Below, piece by piece: positions 17,612-25,848 of a DNA stretch of 64,000 bases. Position 1 is the first letter of the stretch; every line of letters starts with the position of its first letter. The stretch comes from a virus: IMG/VR virus record IMGVR_UViG_3300045988_100041; one strand, 5' to 3'. The notes beneath the pieces were generated by a model that worked only from the letters and a program-made list of their open reading frames with translations, was not told where the DNA came from and did no database searches. Both the position numbers and the translations under genes were made by a program.

Positions 17612-17666
17612 GAGAAGAATATATCTTAGCTGCGTATAAAAGAAATAATTTAGGAGAATGAAACGC

Positions 17667-18287
17667 ATGAAGACGCAGATTGTAAAAATCAAGGGTGACT
17701 GGGAAGAAGTCGTATCGGATTGCCGCGCAACGGTCGGAAAGCCGCCGCTCGGGCACGAACCCAGCACGGAGTTCAAGCGGAAGATCCTGATTTCGGAGCA
17801 CAGTCCGATTCGGGATATTTCGGTCAAGTGGAAGTGGCACAACATCAAAAGCTGGGTTGCGACGCACTGGGTACGGCACAAGTGGGAGTGCTTCGTTAAG
17901 ACGCAGCGCACAGACCGGACTGGCATTGACCGGGACAAGCTGCCACAGGACGCGCCAGTTGACTTCACGGGCGACGCAAACGCACAGGCACTGATTGATA
18001 CCATGCGGAAGCGTTTGTGCCATACAGCCGCGCCAGAGACGCGGGAGTATGCGGAGGACTTTAAACGTGCGCTACGCGCAATCGAACCGGAACTATCAGA
18101 TGTGCTGGTCCCTAATTGCTGCTACCGTGGATTTTGCCCGGAGATGCAGTCGTGCGGCATGTGGGAGAACATTGCAAAAAACCTCACGAAAGAGGATCTT
18201 CTGAGTTGGGAGAAACGATATGGAGCATACAACGAACGGCTCTGGTACAGAAAGAAGCGGGACGACGGACAGAATACTTGTCTGTGA
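17667..18287 (+). CDS. divergent ThyX-like protein (uncertain)
   Basis: ILISEHSPIRDISVKW...WVATHWVRHKWECFVKTQRTDR loosely matches the ThyX 'RHR..S....S.R' region. ATG 10 nt after AGGAG. Confidence 0.35.
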   Translation: MKTQIVKIKGDWEEVVSDCRATVGKPPLGHEPSTEFKRKILISEHSPIRDISVKWKWHNIKSWVATHWVRHKWECFVKTQRTDRTGIDRDKLPQDAPVDFTGDANAQALIDTMRKRLCHTAAPETREYAEDFKRALRAIEPELSDVLVPNCCYRGFCPEMQSCGMWENIAKNLTKEDLLSWEKRYGAYNERLWYRKKRDDGQNTCL

Positions 18288-18612
18288 CAACTGCGGAAGG
18301 GAATTTATCCGGAACGGCTCACACGCGCGGAATGCAAACTTCTGCAATCGGGCGTGTTATCGGGCGGCTATGAGAAGCGGGAAATTTCTGCCGCTGACAA
18401 GAGCAAATGAGCCTCTGGGAATCCCGCACAAGAACGTTTTCATCAGAGTTACGCAGATTCTGGACGTGTATGAGGATTACAGACCGGATGTAGGAAGGAT
18501 CTATCCGGCGGAGAAGTACGAAAACCAGAAGATTCCGGGATATGTCGTTGTCGTGAACGGACACCGGGTATGCGTCCGGTACGGAGAGTGTGAAGAGGTG
18601 GAGCATGAGTAA
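18220..18612 (+). CDS. hypothetical zinc-ribbon protein
   Basis: CDNCG ... CNRAC. Track ORF. Confidence 0.45.
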   Translation: MEHTTNGSGTERSGTTDRILVCDNCGREFIRNGSHARNANFCNRACYRAAMRSGKFLPLTRANEPLGIPHKNVFIRVTQILDVYEDYRPDVGRIYPAEKYENQKIPGYVVVVNGHRVCVRYGECEEVEHE

Positions 18613-19078
18613 AGCAGTTTTAATTAGCATCCGCCCAAAGTGGTGCGAGAAGATCATAAGCGGAGAGAAAACGGTCGAGGTGCGCAAGACGCGCCCGAGG
18701 CTGAACCTGCCGTTTAAGTGCTACATCTACCAGACGGGGCAGGGCGGGGTTATCGGCGAGTTTGTGTGCGATGACATCTTTGAGCGAATCGTGCAGGTAG
18801 GGACGAGCTGCGAGACGCCGAAGTATTGCCTTTGCGACTGGAACATGGACTGCACACCGCTTGATAGGATTCTTTCGGACGCTTGCTTGACGCTGGACGA
18901 GCTGGAAAAGTATCTGGACGGCGGCGCAGGCTACGGCTGGCACATCTCCAATCTCAAAATTTACGATACGCCGCGCGAACTAAACGAATTTTTCGTCCTG
19001 CTGGAGACAAGATTTGGTGCAGAGCCTGTGCCGATCACGCGCCCGCCGCAGAGTTGGCGCTATGTGGAGGAAATGTAA
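18605..19078 (+). CDS. ASCH-domain protein
   Basis: AVLISIRPKWCEKIISGEKTVEVRKTRP is a typical ASCH N-terminus. Confidence 0.65.
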   Translation: MSKAVLISIRPKWCEKIISGEKTVEVRKTRPRLNLPFKCYIYQTGQGGVIGEFVCDDIFERIVQVGTSCETPKYCLCDWNMDCTPLDRILSDACLTLDELEKYLDGGAGYGWHISNLKIYDTPRELNEFFVLLETRFGAEPVPITRPPQSWRYVEEM

Positions 19079-19362
19079 TGGACTACATTGAGAAAATCGT
19101 ATGGCATGAGGTGACGACCAGACCACCTACGGAGGAAGAAAACGAGGAATATAAGCGCATATGGGACGATGACCTATGTTTTGTGTTTGACTGCACCATG
19201 CCGGAAGATGGGCAGGAAATCCTTGTTAAAACCAAATATGGAGTAGACACGGACGTTTGTTGCATTGATGGAGGAACATATCTCGAAGATCGCGGCGATT
19301 GGGAAGATGTGCTTGCTTGGGCAGAAATGCCGAAGGGAAAAGGAGATGAAGCGGATGGCTGA
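19078..19362 (+). CDS. hypothetical acidic protein
   Basis: ATG overlaps the upstream TAA. Internal start of track ORF 18883..19362. Confidence 0.5.
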   Translation: MDYIEKIVWHEVTTRPPTEEENEEYKRIWDDDLCFVFDCTMPEDGQEILVKTKYGVDTDVCCIDGGTYLEDRGDWEDVLAWAEMPKGKGDEADG

Positions 19363-19594
19363 AATTGCTGCGTCGATCGGGTACTGGTTCATGCTTATTG
19401 GAGGGTGGCTGATTGCTGCTGCGTTGCTTGGATTCCTTGGATGGACGGTGTGCAAAGCGTGGAGAGCATTCAGTAATATGTTCCGCAACGTCTGCCGTGT
19501 GGAAAGCCTGATCTATGAGTATAAGTTCCACAAGCAGGAGTTTTTGGAATGGAAAGCGGAAAGAGAAAGGGGCGAAAACGATGGACGCTGTTGA
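19346..19594 (+). CDS. small membrane protein
   Basis: Hydrophobic IGYWFMLIGGWLIAAALLGFLGW. Confidence 0.5.
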   Translation: MKRMAEIAASIGYWFMLIGGWLIAAALLGFLGWTVCKAWRAFSNMFRNVCRVESLIYEYKFHKQEFLEWKAERERGENDGRC

Positions 19595-19967
19595 ATTTTT
19601 GAAAGAAGCGAAAAGATATTGCAAGTGGTGCAAAAACACCACGCAAGATGGCAAGAAACGATTGTGCGAGGTTTGCTATTTCGAGAAGCTGAATGACCTA
19701 TTCAACCTTCCCCCAATGGCATATCGTAAATTCGTTGAGACAGTCGAAGAATGGTCAAAAGAGAATCCTGTAAAGACAAGACAGAGTGAATTTTTGAAGA
19801 TGTTTCCAAACGCAAGAATCGAGAGTGATGGGATGCCTTCCATTTGTCCAATTGTCGTAGATAAACGATGCCACAATAAAGACGCCGATGCTCTCTTCTG
19901 CCTTGAGAGAGACGAGGAAGAATGCAGAAAATGTCGCCTTGACTATTGGTTGCAGGAGGTGGAATGA
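19581..19967 (+). CDS. hypothetical Cys-rich protein
   Basis: CKWCK...CEVC and further Cys pairs. Internal ATG of track ORF 19515..19967. Confidence 0.5.
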   Translation: MDAVEFLKEAKRYCKWCKNTTQDGKKRLCEVCYFEKLNDLFNLPPMAYRKFVETVEEWSKENPVKTRQSEFLKMFPNARIESDGMPSICPIVVDKRCHNKDADALFCLERDEEECRKCRLDYWLQEVE

Positions 19968-20146
19968 TGGGTGAAATCACATATATGGACTGCTGGCATT
20001 ATATTGCGCCCTTGATTCCCGTGAAAGCAGACACATTTTCGATAGATGTTTATGTGATGGTGTATCAGGCGCTCAAAGAGGCGGAAGAACGCCGTGTGGG
20101 AACGCCTGATAAGAGGCAAAAAGATGCCGGCATTTCGGAGGGATAG
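19964..20146 (+). CDS. hypothetical protein
   Basis: Internal ATG of track ORF 19946..20146, overlapping the upstream stop. Confidence 0.4.
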   Translation: MMGEITYMDCWHYIAPLIPVKADTFSIDVYVMVYQALKEAEERRVGTPDKRQKDAGISEG

Positions 20147-20148
20147 AC

Positions 20149-20346
20149 GTGACGGGACTGGTTCGCTGCCCGAAGGGGCATATTGTCGGAGAATGCCGGG
20201 ATGGGGCGTTTGTTGTGCAGATGAGAAGGCGGCGCGTTGTTTATCGGGCGGAAAAAGCGGAAATTGAGATCGTATGCGAGCAGTGCGGGGATAAAATACG
20301 GCTTTCTATGCGGAACGGAGTGATTGAGGTGACAGCAGATGACTAA
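20149..20346 (+). CDS. hypothetical zinc-ribbon protein
   Basis: CPKGH ... CEQCG. Non-ATG start according to the track. Confidence 0.4.
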   Translation: MTGLVRCPKGHIVGECRDGAFVVQMRRRRVVYRAEKAEIEIVCEQCGDKIRLSMRNGVIEVTADD

Positions 20347-20656
20347 AATATATGCAGGTGAACGGCAAAGCGGGAAAACAAACATGCTCATCGAAAAATC
20401 CGCAGAAACAGGAGCAATCATTGTGGCACCGACGCTCAAAATGGCGAGGTACATTCAAGATATTGCTAAGAAAATGGAAAAGAAGATCCCAAACCCCATC
20501 TCAACACTATGCTTTATCCGCATTCTTTCGGACGAGAATATGGGAAAACACAAGAAGTTTCTCATCGATGAGGTTCAAATGGTTCTTGACCAAATGAATG
20601 TTGAGATCGCTACGGCTGATAACGATTGCGTTAAGCAGGTGACACGCTATGGCTGA
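20339..20656 (+). CDS. miniature P-loop protein
   Basis: Walker A-like GERQSGKT and Walker B-like FLIDEV within 105 aa. Confidence 0.5.
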   Translation: MTKIYAGERQSGKTNMLIEKSAETGAIIVAPTLKMARYIQDIAKKMEKKIPNPISTLCFIRILSDENMGKHKKFLIDEVQMVLDQMNVEIATADNDCVKQVTRYG

Positions 20657-20960
20657 CTATGTAAACATGATCGATTTTCTCAATTTTCTGACAGATAGAA
20701 GAGAATCAGCCGATGACGCCATGATGGGAATATACAGGAAAATGGTGCTTCTGGAACTGTCTCGTGACCTCATTCAGATGAAACCACACCACTTTGTACC
20801 GATGGATACAATTCCTTTTGTCGGAGAATGTAATGGATGCAAGTGGAAATTGGTGCGGCCGCAGAAATGCTCTTGTTGCAGGCGAAACCGCAATTTGAAG
20901 GACTGCTACGAGATGGAAGAGACGGAGGACGACGAAGATGACATGGACGAATACTGCTAG
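20649..20960 (+). CDS. hypothetical protein with acidic tail
   Basis: Track ORF. CNGCKW...CSCC, then EETEDDEDDMDE. Confidence 0.5.
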   Translation: MADYVNMIDFLNFLTDRRESADDAMMGIYRKMVLLELSRDLIQMKPHHFVPMDTIPFVGECNGCKWKLVRPQKCSCCRRNRNLKDCYEMEETEDDEDDMDEYC

Positions 20961-20971
20961 GTGGTAAGAAC

Positions 20972-21175
20972 ATGAAAATGGAATGGCCAGAAAATGAGGA
21001 GTTCAGACCGAACGATATGATTCCTGTTACACACAATGGCAAGGTGATCGGACTTTTGAAGGCAATCCATGAGTACGGCGTGGAAGTCGTAGTATGGAGA
21101 GGAAACGCCGGACTTGAGTTTATCGATGGAAAAGTTGTTGCCTGCGAGATTCTGGACGAACCGCATGGTTACTGA
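20972..21175 (+). CDS. hypothetical protein
   Basis: Track ORF. Confidence 0.45.
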   Translation: MKMEWPENEEFRPNDMIPVTHNGKVIGLLKAIHEYGVEVVVWRGNAGLEFIDGKVVACEILDEPHGY

Positions 21176-21188
21176 GGAAGGTGTGAGC

Positions 21189-21662
21189 ATGACAGTTAGC
21201 GAATACAGAAAGTGGCTTTCCGAGCAACAGAAGAAAAGCGACTCGGACGCGCTGGAACATGGAGACTATAAACGGAACATCGGAAGAAGGGACGCATTTC
21301 GTGAAGCGCTGAAAAAACTGCCAGATTCCTTTGACCCTGAGAAAGAACCGGAAAAAGAGGGGTTCGACTGGACAAAGGTTACGATGAACACAATCGTAAA
21401 ACACAAGAAATACGGGTATGGAATTGTTGAATTTGTAAATGTGGTTGATGTCGGAATAGCCGGAGAATACCACTTTTTAGAAATGAAGAACAATGACATA
21501 ACCAGGTACAAGCCGGCACTCATATGGAGAACAGAGGCTGGGGAACGCAAAGGCGTGCTTCTGACCGCAGACACACTCAAAGATTTTGAAAAAATCGGGA
21601 AATGGGGGCCAGATGATTTCCCGAAAGATGCAGAAAGATCATTTTGGAGGCGAGAAATATGA
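21189..21662 (+). CDS. hypothetical protein (paralogous N-terminus with the next gene)
   Basis: MTVSEYRKWLSEQ...RRDAFREALKKLPDSF, compared with MTVKEYKEWLTDR...KAVAFEECFDKCPDSF in the next ORF. Confidence 0.5.
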   Translation: MTVSEYRKWLSEQQKKSDSDALEHGDYKRNIGRRDAFREALKKLPDSFDPEKEPEKEGFDWTKVTMNTIVKHKKYGYGIVEFVNVVDVGIAGEYHFLEMKNNDITRYKPALIWRTEAGERKGVLLTADTLKDFEKIGKWGPDDFPKDAERSFWRREI

Positions 21663-22435
21663 CCGTTAAAGAGTACAAGGAATGGTTGACTGACAGAAAA
21701 GAACATTGCCTTGCGAGACTCAGCCGCTATGAAAATGGCAAAGACCGCAATATGGGGAAAGCGGTTGCATTTGAGGAATGCTTTGATAAGTGCCCGGATT
21801 CCTTTGAAGATGACGCAAGATCACAAGCCGATAGTAGTTCCATTGCGGCGGAGACTGCTTACACAATGGAAAAAATCAAAGAATTGCGCGAGGATATGGC
21901 TTCCAAAATCCAGTCTAACACAGACAAAATGGAAAATCTCAAGAAGCAGCTCAAGGAATCGAAGGAACGAGCTGACAACGGCTGGGAGCGGGTTCATTAT
22001 CTGGAACGAAAACTTAGGAATACAGAGGCGTTGAACGATCAACTGCTACTGGAACTTGCACGCAGACAGAATGCGGATGAATCTGGAAAAGTGAAGTATA
22101 TTACAGTCGGAAAGCCGGAAATCTATATCGGCGGTGAAAAGGCTGGAAATTGTACCGTGACATTGCTTGACCTGAAACAAACAATTCCGCTGATGCAAAG
22201 CGAGGACTATAAGGAGCGGTTCATTGCGGAGTGGGCGCAGACGAAAATTCGGCTCAGTAAGCTGAACCGGATGCTCTTACGGTACTATGATGGGACACTT
22301 GATTTCGCGCCGACGTGTCCGACGCTTTTGCTTGAGAAGCAGTCTCTTGCAATGCAACAGTATCTCGATATGCTGGAAATCCGTGCAGCGATTGAGAATG
22401 TTGAACTTCCGACTGGTAAGCTGATGGACTGCTGA
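21659..22435 (+). CDS. hypothetical coiled-coil protein (paralogous N-terminus)
   Basis: Shared N-terminal module and a central coil. Last gene before the late promoter. Confidence 0.5.
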   Translation: MTVKEYKEWLTDRKEHCLARLSRYENGKDRNMGKAVAFEECFDKCPDSFEDDARSQADSSSIAAETAYTMEKIKELREDMASKIQSNTDKMENLKKQLKESKERADNGWERVHYLERKLRNTEALNDQLLLELARRQNADESGKVKYITVGKPEIYIGGEKAGNCTVTLLDLKQTIPLMQSEDYKERFIAEWAQTKIRLSKLNRMLLRYYDGTLDFAPTCPTLLLEKQSLAMQQYLDMLEIRAAIENVELPTGKLMDC

Positions 22436-22505
22436 TAAACTCAGCACTGGAAGGAAAGAACCTGACCGGTTTAGCTGGCATCAAAGCATAAAAATACAAT
22501 TTCTA

Positions 22506-22534
22506 TTGCAATTTCATAAAAAGTGTGGTATAAT
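22506..22534 (+). promoter_or_regulatory. candidate late-operon promoter (extended -10)
   Basis: TTGCAA (22506-22511), 17-nt spacer, TGGTATAAT (22526-22534). Confidence 0.55.
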
Positions 22535-22561
22535 CCAGTAAAAGAAAAAGTATGACCACAC

Positions 22562-22610
22562 GCCGTTTCGGTGTTTTCCCGTATGGGAGGACTACCGGAA
22601 CGGCTTTTTT
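22562..22610 (+). terminator. intrinsic terminator in the leader of the late operon
   Basis: GCCGTTTCGG ... CCGGAACGGC stem with an inner CCC-GTAT-GGG hairpin, followed by TTTTTT. Ends 18 nt before the ATG at 22629. Confidence 0.6.
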
Positions 22611-22628
22611 GTTTGTCAGGAGGTACAA

Positions 22629-23603
22629 ATGGCGCAGGATAACAACGAGTTTGAACAGCAGGAGTATTATAACGAGCTTGCGAAAAAAACGTCGGAAAGT
22701 CTTGCGTATTTTTATTGCTGCGTCAAGTATGACGTTCCGTTCGCAAGAGACTGCGTACCGCGCGACGAAAGCAGGGACCGATGGCTTTCGTATATTGACA
22801 ATCTGCATCTGAAAAAGCGGGATGTCAACAAGGCAGGACAGCCGCTTGGCTTCCTCGACGGGCTGACGGACATCACAAAGATATTTGGAGAAGGACTGAA
22901 AGACGGGGAGTTTACAAAGGCGGTATACGCAGAAAAGAACGCGCAGAGCGCAAAAGCCGGAACGGTGCGGCAGCGCAAGGACTGGGGACTGGGAAGCGAA
23001 AGCAACCCGTATACGAACGAGGATTACGCAGAGTTTGACCGGATTTACACGATTCTCGTAACTGACCTCGGCGGCGAGGACGCAGTGAGCGCGAAGCAGG
23101 AGCTGATTCTGCGGAACGTTGCAAGGTGGACAAAGCAGATGAATGATGCTTCCGCAGCCGGGAAATTCGACGCGGCAAAGAAGCTTTCGACTTTAATTCA
23201 GGAGAACCTTGCAAGCGACAATCTTCGAAAAAAGGACATCCGGCCGGCAGATATTATCCGAATCGACGAGATTACGGATAAGCTGGAAAAAGCGGGGCTT
23301 TTGAAAAACGGAAAGCAGTGCAGCCCGGATGAAATGTTTGCGTTTTTCTTCGGCAGACCGCCGAAGTATCCGTATACGGCAGACGCGGTTGACCAGATGA
23401 TCTTGATTAACGAAAACCGGATGCGGCAAAATGATGGAATGCCGGAGCTTTCCATGCTGCCGGATGAAATGCGGATTCACGACGATCTGGGAGAGTTTGC
23501 AGAAGAACCGAACAAGGAAGAGCAGGAAGCCTATGATAAGCTTGGGCTGATCCGGATGCCGCCGGTCAAAGAGGGCGGAAAGAAAAAGAACGGAGATCAA
23601 TAA
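22629..23603 (+). CDS. putative terminase small subunit (by position only)
   Basis: First gene of the late operon, directly upstream of the terminase large subunit. No motif recognised. Confidence 0.4.
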   Translation: MAQDNNEFEQQEYYNELAKKTSESLAYFYCCVKYDVPFARDCVPRDESRDRWLSYIDNLHLKKRDVNKAGQPLGFLDGLTDITKIFGEGLKDGEFTKAVYAEKNAQSAKAGTVRQRKDWGLGSESNPYTNEDYAEFDRIYTILVTDLGGEDAVSAKQELILRNVARWTKQMNDASAAGKFDAAKKLSTLIQENLASDNLRKKDIRPADIIRIDEITDKLEKAGLLKNGKQCSPDEMFAFFFGRPPKYPYTADAVDQMILINENRMRQNDGMPELSMLPDEMRIHDDLGEFAEEPNKEEQEAYDKLGLIRMPPVKEGGKKKNGDQ

Positions 23604-23605
23604 TT

Positions 23606-25456
23606 ATGGCACGACGGGCAGGAAAAGTATGGTCGCCCGGCGTCGGCTGGGTTTCCAAACGGGAAGTTGAACAGAGAGACTATTCTTCGTTTGAATCAGA
23701 ATGGTGGGCGTTTCTGGTCTGGGTGATTCGGTGGTATCCGGATAAAGGATGTGACCTTTTCCGGGACGAATACGCAGATTACGCAAACGAAGAAATCATG
23801 CAGCGGCTTATGATGCGGGCGTATGCGCGGTACGCGGACGTCGCATTTACAGGAACGCGAGGCATCACAAAGACAAACACGAAATTCAAATATGAGCTGC
23901 TGGATGGTTTGGTATGGCCGGGAACGCAGAGCGCGTATTACGGACCGTCGTACAAGCAAATGGCAGCGATTGGAAGCAAACAGTTCAAGCAAATCGCACA
24001 TGACTATCCATCCCTTACAAAAGGATGGCGGATCACGGCAGAGAGTAAGGACGATTTTAAGATCGAGACGGATTTAGGGAGTGCATTTTACATCTCCGCA
24101 TTTCGTGGTGATAACATCCACTGCGTAACGGCGGAAGAATTTGCGCAGGAAGAAAACCCACCGTTTGATTTTACGGAATACTCCACGATTGTTTTGCCGG
24201 CAGTTCGTTTGCGGCACAACGTAAACGGAAAACCGGATGAAAACTTCGTATCCTACAAAAACCATTCTATCACAAGCGCAGGAAGAAAGCAGCACCCGTC
24301 GTTCCAGGTACGCTGTGAAACAATGAAAGAAATGCAGCGCGGCGAAAGCGCGTTCGCATACGACATGAGCTGGGAATGCGTTGTTTTACAGCAAATGCGT
24401 CCTTATTCGTGGGCACAGAAGCTGCGGACGAAGCTGACACCGGAGCGATGGATGCGGGAAATGGAATCGCGCTATACCGGCGCGGACGAATATCCGATCA
24501 TCTCGGACGAAACGCTTTCGGAGAGCTGCTGCTTGCAGACGATGGAGCGGCAGCACATCTGCAAATATCCGGGATACAAGACAGACCCGAAGGACGTTAT
24601 TTACGTTGTCTGCTACGACGTATCATATGAGGACGCGAAGAAGAACGCAAAGTGCGCGTGCGGCGTGTGGAAGCTCACGAAGCAGACGGACTTTCTAAAG
24701 CGCGACAGGTACTTAAAACAGCTCGTGTGGCTCGATGACTGGCCGCCACCGGACAACGCCATGAAGCAGGCAAGGCGGCTGAAAGACGTATGGTATCGGT
24801 TCTGCTTTGACGGCGGAAATACGACGTATATCGCAATCGACGGATGGCAGTACGGCAAGGCGGTTATTGAGGACTTGATGAAGGATCTCGGAGATGGACT
24901 TCCGCCGCTTTGCGTGTTAGACCACGCGGAATATACGGCGCTGGAACTCGACGGGGCGCTTCCGGTCATTTACCCCATCAAGGCGGGCGGCACGGGCGTT
25001 ACTGACCCGGACGCGGAGATGATCCGGTACGCGCAGATCCAGTTTGACAACCATAATGTGCAGCTTCTGACGATGAACACCAGAGAGGGCGTTGAAAGTT
25101 ACAAACGCATGCACAGAATCAAAGACGATGACATGGACTATCAGATCGCGAGACCGTATCAGAAAACGCGGGAGCTTTCCGGACAGATTCAGAACCTGAA
25201 AGCGGTTCCATCCGGCTCGGGCGTCAGCGAGAAACGGATTTCGAAGTCGATACAGCGAGATAGCTGGTCGGCAATCAAATACGGCTTGCGGCTGGCGCAG
25301 AGGCTCGAACGGGCGCTTGCTATCAGCGCGGCGAGAAAGAAAAGCGACTGGGACGAAGAACTCGAAAAGTTCAGAGGGCAAAGCGCAACGGCGACCGCCG
25401 CACCGCACGGAACAGGCCGGATGGTCACGACACGTCGGGGAGGACGATTGTACTGA
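23606..25456 (+). CDS. terL: terminase large subunit
   Basis: 616 aa. Walker-A-like FTGTRGITKTNTKF. Followed by a portal-sized gene. Confidence 0.75.
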   Translation: MARRAGKVWSPGVGWVSKREVEQRDYSSFESEWWAFLVWVIRWYPDKGCDLFRDEYADYANEEIMQRLMMRAYARYADVAFTGTRGITKTNTKFKYELLDGLVWPGTQSAYYGPSYKQMAAIGSKQFKQIAHDYPSLTKGWRITAESKDDFKIETDLGSAFYISAFRGDNIHCVTAEEFAQEENPPFDFTEYSTIVLPAVRLRHNVNGKPDENFVSYKNHSITSAGRKQHPSFQVRCETMKEMQRGESAFAYDMSWECVVLQQMRPYSWAQKLRTKLTPERWMREMESRYTGADEYPIISDETLSESCCLQTMERQHICKYPGYKTDPKDVIYVVCYDVSYEDAKKNAKCACGVWKLTKQTDFLKRDRYLKQLVWLDDWPPPDNAMKQARRLKDVWYRFCFDGGNTTYIAIDGWQYGKAVIEDLMKDLGDGLPPLCVLDHAEYTALELDGALPVIYPIKAGGTGVTDPDAEMIRYAQIQFDNHNVQLLTMNTREGVESYKRMHRIKDDDMDYQIARPYQKTRELSGQIQNLKAVPSGSGVSEKRISKSIQRDSWSAIKYGLRLAQRLERALAISAARKKSDWDEELEKFRGQSATATAAPHGTGRMVTTRRGGRLY

Positions 25457-25848
25457 TGGGAGATTCAGAGAAGAGAGCTTACAGGCTGTATGCGCTTGCG
25501 GTGTCGAAGCAAGCCGTGGACGAGGCGATGAAGCAGCGGTTCAGCCGGATTTTACCGGAATATATTCTGATTTATACGCAGGAAGATGCGCGGAACGGCT
25601 GGGTAGAGGTTGGAGAAGAAAACCTTTACCGGCTGACAAAAGAGGACTCGGATTGGGTCATGCAGTGCGCGGCTGCGCTTTTCTTGGAGCGGCTGAAACA
25701 GTCTGGCTTCGAGGTATCAAAGCGGCTTGGAGAAATGGTTGATAAGCTTTCTGCCGCGTTGGACGAAGAGCGCAAAAAACTATCCAGCAACAAGGAGGAA
25801 AAGGCACATGGCGATACCGAAAGAGGAACTGAACAAGGTCCAGTATGA
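25456..25848 (+). CDS. hypothetical protein
   Basis: Track ORF. Overlaps the portal start by 41 nt. Confidence 0.45.
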   Translation: MGDSEKRAYRLYALAVSKQAVDEAMKQRFSRILPEYILIYTQEDARNGWVEVGEENLYRLTKEDSDWVMQCAAALFLERLKQSGFEVSKRLGEMVDKLSAALDEERKKLSSNKEEKAHGDTERGTEQGPV

